Virus record (IMG/VR): IMGVR_UViG_3300020057_000001
Location: 96,072 to 160,071 of that record
Reading direction: 5' to 3' (one strand)
Source: a virus
DNA: 64,000 bases
Part shown: positions 16,384 through 26,056 of the stretch, piece after piece
How the letters are laid out: the number at the start of each line of letters is the position of its first letter
Numbering within the stretch: the stretch's first letter is position 1
Position numbers and translations under genes: made by a program
The notes under the pieces: generated by a model
The model's database searches: none
What the model was told of the DNA's origin: nothing
What the model saw: only the letters and a program-made list of their open reading frames with translations

Positions 16384-17157
16384 ATGGCAGACGAGAAGAG
16401 CCCTTTTGATGAAGCGCTCGAGTTCTTTGGTCGTGTGGCTAAAGGATTAGAGATCGGTATTATCAAAGCTATGACAGCTTCTCCTTTGCTTATAAAGCAA
16501 GAATTTGCATCGCAAGCAAAGCGCAAGCTCAACACATCCAGAGACACTTACCTAGCCGCCATAGATATCGACATTAAAGGTGGCGTTATTATAGTAGAAC
16601 TTGACCCTAAAAACTGGTTGGCGCAGGCTGTAGAAGATGGTGCCAGTGCATTTGACCTTCATAAAATGCTACAGACGTCTCAAAAAGTGAGAATAAGCCG
16701 TGAAGGCTTTCGCTGGCTAACGATACCGATGGAGAAAACAAAGAGCAGTACACTCAATCCCGGAACAAGTGTAGGGCAGCAACTTGACCAAAAGATTCGA
16801 AACGCCTTGAACGGTAAACCTCGCTGGACAATCCCCTACACAAGCCAACGACCCGATGGCACAGTGACGTCAGCCGAAACTCTAATCACTAAAGACCCCG
16901 AGCTTATAGGGCTCTCAAGAATCCGTCGGTACTCTAGCCCTGAAGACCCACCGCGAGGGAAGCGCCCTATTTCAAGTCAATTTGTTTTGTTTCGTAGGAT
17001 GTCTGAAAATCCTCGCAGTAAATCGTATGGCCGGTGGCAGCATCCTGGAATTACAGAAAGAAGTCTGTTTCCTGCTGTAGAGACTTGGGCGAACACGACG
17101 TTAATTAAGATTATTGAAAAAATTATGACCAATTCGGTAGACAAGGAATTGAAATGA
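16384..17157 (+). CDS. Neck / tail-completion protein (HK97 gp10-like, Twort-type)
   Basis: EDGASAFDLH...WLTIPM...FRRMS...WQHPG pattern. Confidence 0.55.
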   Translation: MADEKSPFDEALEFFGRVAKGLEIGIIKAMTASPLLIKQEFASQAKRKLNTSRDTYLAAIDIDIKGGVIIVELDPKNWLAQAVEDGASAFDLHKMLQTSQKVRISREGFRWLTIPMEKTKSSTLNPGTSVGQQLDQKIRNALNGKPRWTIPYTSQRPDGTVTSAETLITKDPELIGLSRIRRYSSPEDPPRGKRPISSQFVLFRRMSENPRSKSYGRWQHPGITERSLFPAVETWANTTLIKIIEKIMTNSVDKELK

Positions 17158-18089
17158 GTTTTTACGCACCACATATTTCGTTAGCCGCTGTTCTTAAGGA
17201 TAAGGTAGCTAATCTCGAAAACTACGCACCCGACCTGTTCTTAGTCTTCGAAGAATTTATTTGCATTCCCGATTCCGCCGCCCTTGTGGGCGGCTACAAG
17301 TACGTCAAGCAAATCATGGAGTCGCTCGTAGGCCCTAACAAGAAACCCATTGATGTGCAGCTCTACAACACCCCGACACCGCCCGGAAACTATGCCTTGT
17401 TTGTTGAGTTCCTTGGAAGCTCGGGCGAGGAGCAATTCTTAGGTGAGCACGCAGGCTACTCCTACACGCCTAACGTCACGAAGAAGATCTTTACTTCTTT
17501 TACACCACGCAATCTGCTTGCTTCCTGCCCAAAGACATTGATATTAAACCCTGCGGAAATTAATGAATGTGCTCTTTGGCCTCTTCAAGAAGCTGCGGTT
17601 TCAACATCAGCTGACTGCGAAGAAACATTTATTCTAAAGTCGGTTATTCTTTTAAACGGGCTTTTAAATCTTGAGTTTGACCGCGCAATCGACAAAAGTT
17701 TATTAGGCCGAAGTTGGGTTACTAGGGCTCCGTCGTTCGGCACGGTTAACGCTTACTCTGGTACCATCGACGATGTGCGCTTGCGGGTTATTCTTAGAAC
17801 CGTAGGCGAAATCGAAATACACTTACTCATGGCTATGTTGACACGTTGGCTTATTAAGCTAGCACGTACCGATTTGAGGTTTACAGCCGACAATCTTCAA
17901 GCGTCTCGGGTCACGCAAGGCGCTCCTTCGTTAGAGTCCGAAAGCCCAGATGTCTTTGTGACCGCCTTTGACTTTTCCTGCCGTTCAGGCGATACTTGGA
18001 TCTCAAACCGTACTCCAACATCTAGTCATATGGGTCTGGCTGTTGGAGCCGAGAGTACCGACGAAAGCGAGACCATCCTATATGTCTAA
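17154..18089 (+). CDS. Probable tail terminator / neck protein
   Basis: Follows the neck genes with an ATGA overlap; EEQFLG and a C-terminal beta/alpha pattern typical of this position. Confidence 0.45.
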   Translation: MSFYAPHISLAAVLKDKVANLENYAPDLFLVFEEFICIPDSAALVGGYKYVKQIMESLVGPNKKPIDVQLYNTPTPPGNYALFVEFLGSSGEEQFLGEHAGYSYTPNVTKKIFTSFTPRNLLASCPKTLILNPAEINECALWPLQEAAVSTSADCEETFILKSVILLNGLLNLEFDRAIDKSLLGRSWVTRAPSFGTVNAYSGTIDDVRLRVILRTVGEIEIHLLMAMLTRWLIKLARTDLRFTADNLQASRVTQGAPSLESESPDVFVTAFDFSCRSGDTWISNRTPTSSHMGLAVGAESTDESETILYV

Positions 18090-18423
18090 GAAACCGCAAT
18101 CAAAAACAAGTGCGCCAAAAAAGCCACACGTTACCGAAGAAGTTTCCGAGCTTCTACCGACCACCGACAACACTGATACAAAGACGGAAGAAATTCCTCA
18201 AGTCGTAGAAGTGCTCGCCGATACCCCCGAAAGAACAATGCACTCTGAGCACGGTGCCCTTTACGAGCTGGACGAAGCTGCGCAAACTTTGATTGCACAT
18301 TTCAACCCGAGTTGGTTACCGAGCATTCGCGCTTATGCCAAGTCTCATGGGCTTTCTCCACAGTGCCCTCTCGCTCTGTGGTCGTGGTTATTTAAATCTT
18401 GGGGTGCCGTTCTTAAAACTTAA
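18082..18423 (+). CDS. Hypothetical protein (113 aa)
   Basis: Probable start MSKKPQ overlapping the upstream stop. Confidence 0.5.
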   Translation: MSKKPQSKTSAPKKPHVTEEVSELLPTTDNTDTKTEEIPQVVEVLADTPERTMHSEHGALYELDEAAQTLIAHFNPSWLPSIRAYAKSHGLSPQCPLALWSWLFKSWGAVLKT

Positions 18424-18441
18424 TTTTTTGAGAGGATTTTT

Positions 18442-18969
18442 GTGAAACTCGCATTTGGTTCGAAGGCCCGCAGTGGAAAAGACACCGCAGCCGAGTATCT
18501 GACCTCTCTATACGGAGGTACAAGCTTTAAGTTCGCCTCCGCCATCTACGACATCTCCCGTTATGCCTACACGCGTGCAGGTCTACCCTTTGAAAAAAAC
18601 GCTAAGCTGCTTCAGTTTTTAGGGACAGACTTTGGGAGGTCGATCGATAAAGACATTTGGGTGAAGTCTTGCCTAGCCGACATTCAGCGGTTCGAGGACG
18701 TTAATTCTGTAGAGAACATTTTTGTTACAGACTGTCGCTTCGAGAACGAAGCTGACGCATTAAAACAAAGCGGTTTTGTCCTTGTACAGATTGACCGATC
18801 TGCCGACCTTCGTGGTGATATTGGTCGCGACCCTAACCACCCCTCCGAGATTGCATTAGACCATTATACTCGGTGGGATTACACGATCGGCAACAACGGG
18901 ACGCTCGAAGAATTTCATAATAAAATTCACACCTTATATTTACAGCTTCTCGACTCTTCCCCGCAGTAA
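18442..18969 (+). CDS. Deoxynucleoside monophosphate kinase
   Basis: P-loop GSKARSGKDT, LLQFLGTDFGR, TDCRFENE, HPSE. Confidence 0.9.
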   Translation: MKLAFGSKARSGKDTAAEYLTSLYGGTSFKFASAIYDISRYAYTRAGLPFEKNAKLLQFLGTDFGRSIDKDIWVKSCLADIQRFEDVNSVENIFVTDCRFENEADALKQSGFVLVQIDRSADLRGDIGRDPNHPSEIALDHYTRWDYTIGNNGTLEEFHNKIHTLYLQLLDSSPQ

Positions 18970-18993
18970 AATGGAATTTCCACTTCTCTAAAC

Positions 18994-20859
18994 ATGTCCA
19001 CCGAGGTTGTCGCTGTGTCCTTTCCAAATCTTCTTGCCGAGATTGCTTTTTACCGTACTTACTCCGCAGTCAAGCCTAATGGCTATAAAGAATCCTGGGA
19101 CGATGTCGTCCTTAGATATCAGAATTGCCTGATCAAACGCTATTCACACCTAGAGCAAGATATTAAGGACGCTTGCGAATTTGTTAAACTGTCCAAGATT
19201 CTTCCCTCGATGCGAATGCTCCAGTTTGCCGGAACTGGGATTGAGCGAGAAAATGCTAGGGCTTTTAACTGCTCAGCTACCAACATTACTAGTTTTCGTA
19301 CTATTGCTGAGAACATGTACGTTCTACTCTGCGGCGCGGGTAATGGATTTAGCGTCCAACAAGAACACATTTCGCACTTACCCGTTATTTCTGAAGGCTA
19401 CGCCCAAACTTTTGTTATCACGGACGACAAAGCAGGCTGGTGTGACTCTGTTATTGCTCTTCTTGAGAACCCTCAAGTCACGTTCAATTACGACCTCGTG
19501 CGCCCCTCAGGAGCACGAATTAGCACTGGAGGTACCGCAAGCGGTCCTGAGCCCTTGCGCACTGCGCATGAGGCGGTACGAGCGATTCTTCAAAACGCCA
19601 CAAACCGGCAGCTCTTTGATATAGAAGTAGCAGACGTAGAGTGCTTGTTCAGCGACGCTGTAATCGTCGGTGGCGTGCGCCGTAGCGCCCGCATCTGTAT
19701 TTTCGATAACGAATCTAAAGCAATGTGCGAATATAAATCCGGTACTTGGTGGCAAAACCACCCTTACAGGGCGCGCACTAACATTTCGGCAATGCTAAAA
19801 CGAGACGAAGTAACCCAAGACCAGTTCAACGAAGTCCTCGACGCTTGCTTTAATAGTATGTCTGGTGAACCCGGAGTTTTTTGGTCAAACAACAAATCAA
19901 TGATCACCAATCCGTGTGTCGAGATTGCGTTAAACAACAAACAGTTTTGCAATCTTACGACCGTCAACATAGCTTCCTGCAAAGATTCTTCAGACTTTTA
20001 CGAGCGGGCTCTGAAGGCCACTTTCTTGGGGACCCTCCAAGCAGGATTTACCGATTTTGCGTACCTTTCCCCCGAATGGAAAGAAATTACAGACGCTGAG
20101 GCTCTCTTAGGCGTCAGTATGACAGGTATCTGTGACAACTGGCCGCTTATCGTAAGTTTAGCAGAATCAGGGTTTATGAGTAAGACTGTAGCAGCTATGC
20201 GGGTAACTAACGCACGTGTAGCCGCACTAATCGGTATCCGACCCGCAGCACGTATCACGTGTGTTAAACCCGAAGGTACCACCTCGTCGGTCTTAGGTAC
20301 TTCAAGTGGAGCCAACGCAACATTTAGCCCCTATTTCATTCGAACTGTAAGAGTTGATAAAGCCAACCCCGTAGGTGCGCATTTAGCTCGTGTCCTTAGT
20401 GGGACCCCCTTTATCGAAGAAGACGTTACAAAATCCTCGATGTGGGTTGTAAGCGTCCCGATGAAAAGTCCCGCCGTCATTACTGAACAGAATCAAAAAG
20501 CCTTAGACGCTCTTGAACGCGTCAAGCTGCTTCACACCTTTTGGATACGCCCAGGTCATGTCTACGGGGACAATACGCATAACGTGTCTTGTACAATTAA
20601 CTACAGGGACCACGAAAAAGAAGAGGTTAAAGCGTGGATGTGGGAGAACCGTGAGTCTTACGCAGGGATCGCACTCTTTCCTCTGTATGATTCAACGTAC
20701 GCCCAAGCGCCGTATCAGTTGAGTACAGAAGACAAGTACAACGAGCTTATCAAGTGCTTGCCTCCGATAGACCTCGCCTCGGTGTTCTACGGACTAGACG
20801 CCGAAGACACTCGCAAAGAGATTCTGGCTTGCGCCGGTGGAAGTTGCGAAATCACCTAA
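18994..20859 (+). CDS. nrdJ: Class II (AdoCbl-dependent, monomeric type) ribonucleotide reductase
   Basis: RTYS, FNCS, GGVRRSA, TNPCVEI, FCNLT, VKPEGT and C-terminal ACAGGSCEI; no NrdB nearby. Confidence 0.9.
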   Translation: MSTEVVAVSFPNLLAEIAFYRTYSAVKPNGYKESWDDVVLRYQNCLIKRYSHLEQDIKDACEFVKLSKILPSMRMLQFAGTGIERENARAFNCSATNITSFRTIAENMYVLLCGAGNGFSVQQEHISHLPVISEGYAQTFVITDDKAGWCDSVIALLENPQVTFNYDLVRPSGARISTGGTASGPEPLRTAHEAVRAILQNATNRQLFDIEVADVECLFSDAVIVGGVRRSARICIFDNESKAMCEYKSGTWWQNHPYRARTNISAMLKRDEVTQDQFNEVLDACFNSMSGEPGVFWSNNKSMITNPCVEIALNNKQFCNLTTVNIASCKDSSDFYERALKATFLGTLQAGFTDFAYLSPEWKEITDAEALLGVSMTGICDNWPLIVSLAESGFMSKTVAAMRVTNARVAALIGIRPAARITCVKPEGTTSSVLGTSSGANATFSPYFIRTVRVDKANPVGAHLARVLSGTPFIEEDVTKSSMWVVSVPMKSPAVITEQNQKALDALERVKLLHTFWIRPGHVYGDNTHNVSCTINYRDHEKEEVKAWMWENRESYAGIALFPLYDSTYAQAPYQLSTEDKYNELIKCLPPIDLASVFYGLDAEDTRKEILACAGGSCEIT

Positions 20860-20953
20860 CCATTGCTTTTAACTCCAGAACGTGTAAAATGGCTATAGAG
20901 TTATCTAGAGTGATAATTTTAAAAACCGTAACATGTTAATATTGGAGACTTAA

Positions 20954-21451
20954 ATGTCAGGACAAATCGCATCATTGAGGTTGCTCGAACAACTAGTTGA
21001 GACTCAGCTCAAAAATTTCGGATTCAAGGCTCCTGTAGTCCTTGAAGCTAAACTCGTTGACGGAAAACCGTCACTATACGTCAACTACTCCGACGCCACC
21101 CTCAGCGCTACTGACGCAGCTGTTCAGATTCGTCTAGTATTCGCTAACGCAGCTTTTGCTGACATTGCTCAACAGAGCATCAATGGTTCGGCTATTGTCG
21201 CTGGACCGGTTTCAGCTCTAGTTGTTGCTTTTGCCGCTGCTTCAGACGGTTCAACTCCACAGTTGGGCAAGCTAGTAATTCAAACAGTTCAAGCGCTTAA
21301 CCGCAATAACATTCCGACAAGCCTCTGCCTTGCCGATCCCGCTGGCCCAGTACCTGCACTTAAAGGTCTCAACGGCGCTACTGCCGACGCAAACATTCCT
21401 GCGGCTTTGGGTATTTTCCAAGAAGCTCCTCTTTCTTCAACCGGTGGATAA
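20954..21451 (+). CDS. Hypothetical protein, probably virion-associated
   Basis: GGAG RBS, upstream TTGCTT-N16-TAAAAT, Ala-rich with capsid-gene-like codon use. Confidence 0.6.
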   Translation: MSGQIASLRLLEQLVETQLKNFGFKAPVVLEAKLVDGKPSLYVNYSDATLSATDAAVQIRLVFANAAFADIAQQSINGSAIVAGPVSALVVAFAAASDGSTPQLGKLVIQTVQALNRNNIPTSLCLADPAGPVPALKGLNGATADANIPAALGIFQEAPLSSTGG

Positions 21452-21475
21452 CCCTAAAAGAAAGGAGCACACCAC

Positions 21476-22324
21476 ATGTCTAGATATACTACACACGCTA
21501 AGGCTATGGCTGACGCGCTGACTCCCGAACAGGTTGTCGCCCAGCTTAACACCTTGGCTACACAACTAGAAACGCTACAGAAATCAACCCCGATGTACAA
21601 AGCCGACGAAGACCAAGCACCTCTGGACGGCGAAATGCCTCCGATGGAAGGCGAGCAACCCCCTATGGAAGGCGAGCAACCCCCTATGGACCCAATGGCT
21701 CCCGAAGGCGAGATGCCTCCTATGGACCCAATGGCTCCTGAAGGCGACCCCGCTTTAGACGCAGATCCAGACGCAGCTCCTGCTGAAGGCGCTGAACAAG
21801 AAGTAGAGCAAGCAATTGAAGGCGGCGACGAAGCTGAACTTCGAGAAGTGTTCGGCGACATGGAAGGCGAAGAACTCAGCCAACTGGTTGAATTTCTTGT
21901 TAAACTCCAAGAAGAAAAGTCGGCGCAGGTTGACAAATCGTCGGCTGGTATGGACCCACTTGCTATGAGCGAGTGCTTTACGGATATGAAAAAGAGCCAA
22001 AACGCCTTGCAAGCTCAAGTGGCAGCTCTTACAAAGAGCATCACTACTTTGACTGCACAAGTCAAAAAGCCCGCTCCCCGCCCCGCAAGCCGCCCTGCCA
22101 TGATGAACAGCGAATCACTCTCTAAGAGCGACCGCTTTCCTGAGATGCTGAAAAAGAGCGAAGTTGTTGAATTTCTTGGCACTCAGATTCGCCGAGCTGG
22201 TAAGCCAGACGCCGACCTTTTGAGCCTTTGGCAAGACGCTTCCGCTACTGGGGAAGACCCATCAGCTCTTCGTAGTCTCTACAGCCGTGCCGAACGCATT
22301 GGCGTAAAGATTCCCCACAAGTAA
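21476..22324 (+). CDS. Scaffold-like prohead core protein
   Basis: Acidic, with EG(E/Q)(M/Q)PPM repeats, a coiled coil and multiple x-x-K-S sites (LQKS, VDKS, MKKS, LTKS, LSKS, LKKS). Confidence 0.6.
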   Translation: MSRYTTHAKAMADALTPEQVVAQLNTLATQLETLQKSTPMYKADEDQAPLDGEMPPMEGEQPPMEGEQPPMDPMAPEGEMPPMDPMAPEGDPALDADPDAAPAEGAEQEVEQAIEGGDEAELREVFGDMEGEELSQLVEFLVKLQEEKSAQVDKSSAGMDPLAMSECFTDMKKSQNALQAQVAALTKSITTLTAQVKKPAPRPASRPAMMNSESLSKSDRFPEMLKKSEVVEFLGTQIRRAGKPDADLLSLWQDASATGEDPSALRSLYSRAERIGVKIPHK

Positions 22325-22348
22325 TCGCGCAGCCCAATCGCTTAAAAT

Positions 22349-22385
22349 AGCCTTAGAGCCCTAGTTCTCTAAGGCTTTTTCTTTT
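22349..22385 (+). terminator. Rho-independent terminator
   Basis: AGCCTTAGAG-N8-CTCTAAGGCT followed by a T-run. Confidence 0.75.
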
Positions 22386-22394
22386 GGAGATCAT

Positions 22395-22583
22395 ATGAAA
22401 CGAATCTGGACTTGTAGGCGAACGTTCCTCGCCGTCTTGGGAATAGCCTGCCTTACTTTTTTAGGTTACAGGATGGGTAGCACCGACGTGGCTCTAAGCA
22501 TAGCTGGAATAGTAGCGTCAATTGCGGGTTCAAACGCTTTTGAGGCGGGTAAAAAGCAACTACCAAAGGCGGATGCTTCATGA
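22395..22583 (+). CDS. Small two-TM membrane protein, holin-like
   Basis: Two hydrophobic helices, basic N-terminus, charged C-terminal tail, GGAG RBS. Confidence 0.5.
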   Translation: MKRIWTCRRTFLAVLGIACLTFLGYRMGSTDVALSIAGIVASIAGSNAFEAGKKQLPKADAS

Positions 22584-22738
22584 ACCCACGTGACACCTCC
22601 TCTGTTTCTTTCACAAGCCAAGACCAATTGGCAGCCCTCTGTCGAAAAGCACAAAAGGGTGCTACGATAGGGAAATACATTGTGAGCGGGGTGGTGCTCT
22701 TAGCCCTTCTCGCTCTTCTGCTTCAAATCAACAACTAA
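22580..22738 (+). CDS. Small single-TM protein (52 aa)
   Basis: Manual translation MNPRD...IVSGVVLLALLALLLQINN; ATGA overlap. Confidence 0.45.
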   Translation: MNPRDTSSVSFTSQDQLAALCRKAQKGATIGKYIVSGVVLLALLALLLQINN

Positions 22739-22750
22739 AAGGATTTCACA

Positions 22751-22903
22751 ATGCTCGGCAAAAAGATCAAAGACAAAATGAATACATGTTGGGGTGGCTC
22801 TATGGAAAAAGCGGATGGCTGCGAGAAAGCGCCCAAGCTGGAAAAGTCCAAAGAAGAAAAAGCCCTCTTGCTAAAGTCTGTCGTTAAAAAATTAAAACTC
22901 TAA
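22751..22903 (+). CDS. 50-aa basic protein made largely of the KS/KA and KLK motifs of the downstream array
   Basis: MLGKKIKDKM...MEKA...LEKS...LLLKSVVKKLKL; AAGGA RBS. Confidence 0.55.
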   Translation: MLGKKIKDKMNTCWGGSMEKADGCEKAPKLEKSKEEKALLLKSVVKKLKL

Positions 22904-22904
22904 G

Positions 22905-25900
22905 GTGACCGTTGTGCAACCCACTCGCTTGTCTTCGCTGGTCCGTAAATTAAAAAATAAAGTGGTAGCGCGCAGGGAAAATACTTTACATCCTGACGTT
23001 CATGCACAACTCTGGTCGGAACCAGAGGCCGAAACGATGCAAAAGTCAGACAAGCTCCCACACTACCAAAAGTTTATGGGCACTCACCCTAAAGCTCAAG
23101 AAACAGCAAGCTGGGTGGATGATAATATAAGCCACCGAGGGTTGGCTGAATTTGGCATGAGGCAAGCCAAGACAAGACCAGAAGGGTTAGGCAACGAAGA
23201 AAAGTCTCAACTAAAGCACTTTAACGATTCCCTACACATGCCGGAAGTGAAAAAGGGCGCAGGAGAGTTGACGAAAGATCACACTTGGGAAAGTGGGATT
23301 GAAAAGTTAAACGCACATGAAGCGGCGTACACTGAAAAACATAAAAAAATAGCACCCTCGCTTGTGCCTTCGGAAGGCGAAAAACTCCTTGACTTAGGCG
23401 AAGGCGTCGGCCTTTATAATCTACCTCTTGATGGTGCGCGCAAGAACAAACATGAAGCAGTGGGCATGGGTCACTGCGCTACTGCACTTGAGGGTGGTGA
23501 TCTTTGGTCGATCCGCAAAGACCATGGCAACGGGATGGTGGAACCTATGGTTACCCTTTCTCACGCGGATGGGTACGTAGGTGAAGTGAAGGGAAAACAC
23601 AACTGGAAGCCTTCAGAAAAACACCACTCAGCTATTTTGAAAGTTTTGGCAAGTGACTTAGTAAAGGGTTTTGTTGGTGGCGGTTATGCGCCAGAAAGCA
23701 ATTTTAGCTTAAATGACGTAAAACCTGAATGGAAACAGAAGCTCACATCCGTTAAGCCTACGCTCATGCAAAAACCTTACATAGAAACGTTACCGCTACC
23801 ATTTGCGGACGGGTATAACCACGAGCCCGACGTCCCGACAATTGCAAAAATCAAAGACCCTGCAAAAATGCTTCGCCTCGCCCAAGCAAGCGAGCCCAAA
23901 TCCGCTGTTCACAATTACTCAGCCAAAAACCCCAACATTTCTCCCGAAGTTGCACAGCACTTAGCGCAAACAAACAACCCAGGCTCTAGGGTTCACGAAA
24001 ACTTAGCCAAAAACCCCAACCTCTCTCCAGAAGTTGCACATCATTTAGTCCAAACAAACAAGCCCAGATCCGGCGTTCACGTTCTCTTAGCCGAAAACCC
24101 CAACCTTTCTCCAGAAGCTGTGAAGCACTTAGCCCAAACAAACGAGCCCGATTCGCCCGTTCACGGAATCTTAGCCGAAAACCCCAACCTTTCTCCCGAA
24201 CTTGCGCAGCACTTAGCCCAAACAAACGAGCCCGATTACCCCATTCACAACAGCTTAGCCAAAAACCCCAACCTCTCTCCAGAAGTTGCACATCATTTAG
24301 CCCAAACAAACAAGCCCGATTCCGACGTTCACAAATACTTAGCCAAAAACCCCAACCTCCCACCAGAAGTTGCACAACATTTAGCCCAAACAAACAAGCC
24401 AGGGGCCTTCGTTCACGTACTCTTAGCCAAAAACCCCAACCTCTCTCCAGAACTCGCACATCATTTAGCCCAAACAGACAAGCCAGGGGCCTTCGTTCAC
24501 AACAGCTTAGCTCAAAACCCCAACCTCTCTCCAGAACTCGCACATCATTTAGCCCAAACAAACAAGCCCGATTCCTCCGTTCACCTTGCCTTAGCCAAAA
24601 ACCCCAACCTTTCTCCCGAACTTGCACATCATTTAGCCCAAGCAAGCGGACCCGCATCCGGCGTTCACCTTGCCTTAGCCAAAAACCCCAACCTTTCTCC
24701 AGAACTCGCACATCATTTAGCCCAAGCAAACGAGCCCGTATCCTCCGTTCACCTTCTCTTAGCCAAAAACCCCAACCTTTCTCCAGAAGCTGCGCAGCAT
24801 TTAGCCCAAACAAACAAGCCCGATTCCTCCATTCACGCATACTTAGCTGAAAACCCCAACCTTTCTCCAGAAGCTGCGCAGCATTTAGCCCAAACAAACA
24901 AGCCCGATTCCGACGTTCACAACAGCTTAGCCCAAAACCCCAAATACGCACATCTTGCGTTATCCGCACCACGCCCTCAACAAGCTACGCACATCCAAAA
25001 ACTTATCGGCATTCTCAACGACGAAAACGCTGATAGAGGTCTTCAACGTCAAGCCGCACAAGAAATTAAAACAAGAAGAGAAGAAGAACTGCAACACCGA
25101 CTGTCTGACAAAGGCGATATGCAAGACCTCTTAAATTTAGCGGAATCTTCAGACGACGACGTGTCTGAAAAAGCCACTAAAGAAATTCAGAGAAGAAACC
25201 TACAAAAATCAATGCGTAAGTCCGAGAGCAAGGCCAAAACAAGTGTAGTAGCTAAGTTAAAAGCCAAAATAACTACAAAACCAAAAGACGCTCCGGTTCC
25301 TCCCCACGAGGTCATTGATTCAGGCATTTTGACGCCTTTCCATCAAACGTTAATTATGCACGGATCAAAAGTCTCATTAAAAGAAGCACGCGTCGGGCAT
25401 TCAGAAGTAAACCCTAGCAGTAATAAGGAGCGGGCGGTGAATAAGGATCTTAAAAAGGGCGATATCGTTGGTGGAAACCCTGAAGCAAAAGAAAAACTAG
25501 CACTCACGAACGAAAACAGGGTGTCTTCGAGCCCCGCCGCGATTGGTGCATATAAAAAACCATTTCAATTTACACAGCGCGACGGGGCTAGTGGACGGCG
25601 CGTTAACGTACAAACCAGCAGTGGTAAAAATATCATGTCACATTTTGACCATGCGGCGCATCAAGACTTCAGCTCTGCGGATCACAAAGAAGCCGCCGTT
25701 GCCCACCAGAGACACCTTATTGAGTTAAAGGAGGGTCGACCGCACCCAGACCTTCTAAAGTTTCATCAAGACCAGTACAAAAACCATTGGCAGCAACACC
25801 AAGATCTAAAGAACCGGAGTAACACGATGTTAGGTAAGTCCTTAAAGGCAAAGTTTCTCAAAAAGGCTTCTCTTGACAAATCACAGACTTTAAGCCATTC

Positions 25901-26054
25901 TTCAGCGCCTAAGCTTTCCAAGTCCTCCACGCTGGGACAGAGAATCAAGGCTGCTCTGGCAAGTCCTGAGATGCCGACCTTTCCACGGAACCACCACTCC
26001 GAAGTGCCTCACCATGACCCCCGAGACGTAAAATATTTTGATATCGAGGAATAA
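22905..26054 (+). CDS. Array member 1: PcfJ-like N-terminal domain + 12.5 x 28-aa LRV-like helical repeats + KS-delimited C-terminal modules
   Basis: E..GMGHC...WSIRK...EPMVT...GEVKGKHN motif. Repeat LAKNPNLSPExAxHLAQTNxPxxxVHxx at ~23901-24942. Confidence 0.75.
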   Translation: MTVVQPTRLSSLVRKLKNKVVARRENTLHPDVHAQLWSEPEAETMQKSDKLPHYQKFMGTHPKAQETASWVDDNISHRGLAEFGMRQAKTRPEGLGNEEKSQLKHFNDSLHMPEVKKGAGELTKDHTWESGIEKLNAHEAAYTEKHKKIAPSLVPSEGEKLLDLGEGVGLYNLPLDGARKNKHEAVGMGHCATALEGGDLWSIRKDHGNGMVEPMVTLSHADGYVGEVKGKHNWKPSEKHHSAILKVLASDLVKGFVGGGYAPESNFSLNDVKPEWKQKLTSVKPTLMQKPYIETLPLPFADGYNHEPDVPTIAKIKDPAKMLRLAQASEPKSAVHNYSAKNPNISPEVAQHLAQTNNPGSRVHENLAKNPNLSPEVAHHLVQTNKPRSGVHVLLAENPNLSPEAVKHLAQTNEPDSPVHGILAENPNLSPELAQHLAQTNEPDYPIHNSLAKNPNLSPEVAHHLAQTNKPDSDVHKYLAKNPNLPPEVAQHLAQTNKPGAFVHVLLAKNPNLSPELAHHLAQTDKPGAFVHNSLAQNPNLSPELAHHLAQTNKPDSSVHLALAKNPNLSPELAHHLAQASGPASGVHLALAKNPNLSPELAHHLAQANEPVSSVHLLLAKNPNLSPEAAQHLAQTNKPDSSIHAYLAENPNLSPEAAQHLAQTNKPDSDVHNSLAQNPKYAHLALSAPRPQQATHIQKLIGILNDENADRGLQRQAAQEIKTRREEELQHRLSDKGDMQDLLNLAESSDDDVSEKATKEIQRRNLQKSMRKSESKAKTSVVAKLKAKITTKPKDAPVPPHEVIDSGILTPFHQTLIMHGSKVSLKEARVGHSEVNPSSNKERAVNKDLKKGDIVGGNPEAKEKLALTNENRVSSSPAAIGAYKKPFQFTQRDGASGRRVNVQTSSGKNIMSHFDHAAHQDFSSADHKEAAVAHQRHLIELKEGRPHPDLLKFHQDQYKNHWQQHQDLKNRSNTMLGKSLKAKFLKKASLDKSQTLSHSSAPKLSKSSTLGQRIKAALASPEMPTFPRNHHSEVPHHDPRDVKYFDIEE

Positions 26055-26056
26055 AA

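Noticed and set aside
23986-24972. 328-aa minus-strand ORF (also 27355-27576, 34931-35161, 53522-53998, 53589-54014, 21454-21936)
   Set aside because: Shadow ORFs caused by stop-free repeats on the opposite strand or frame of real genes; no RBS.
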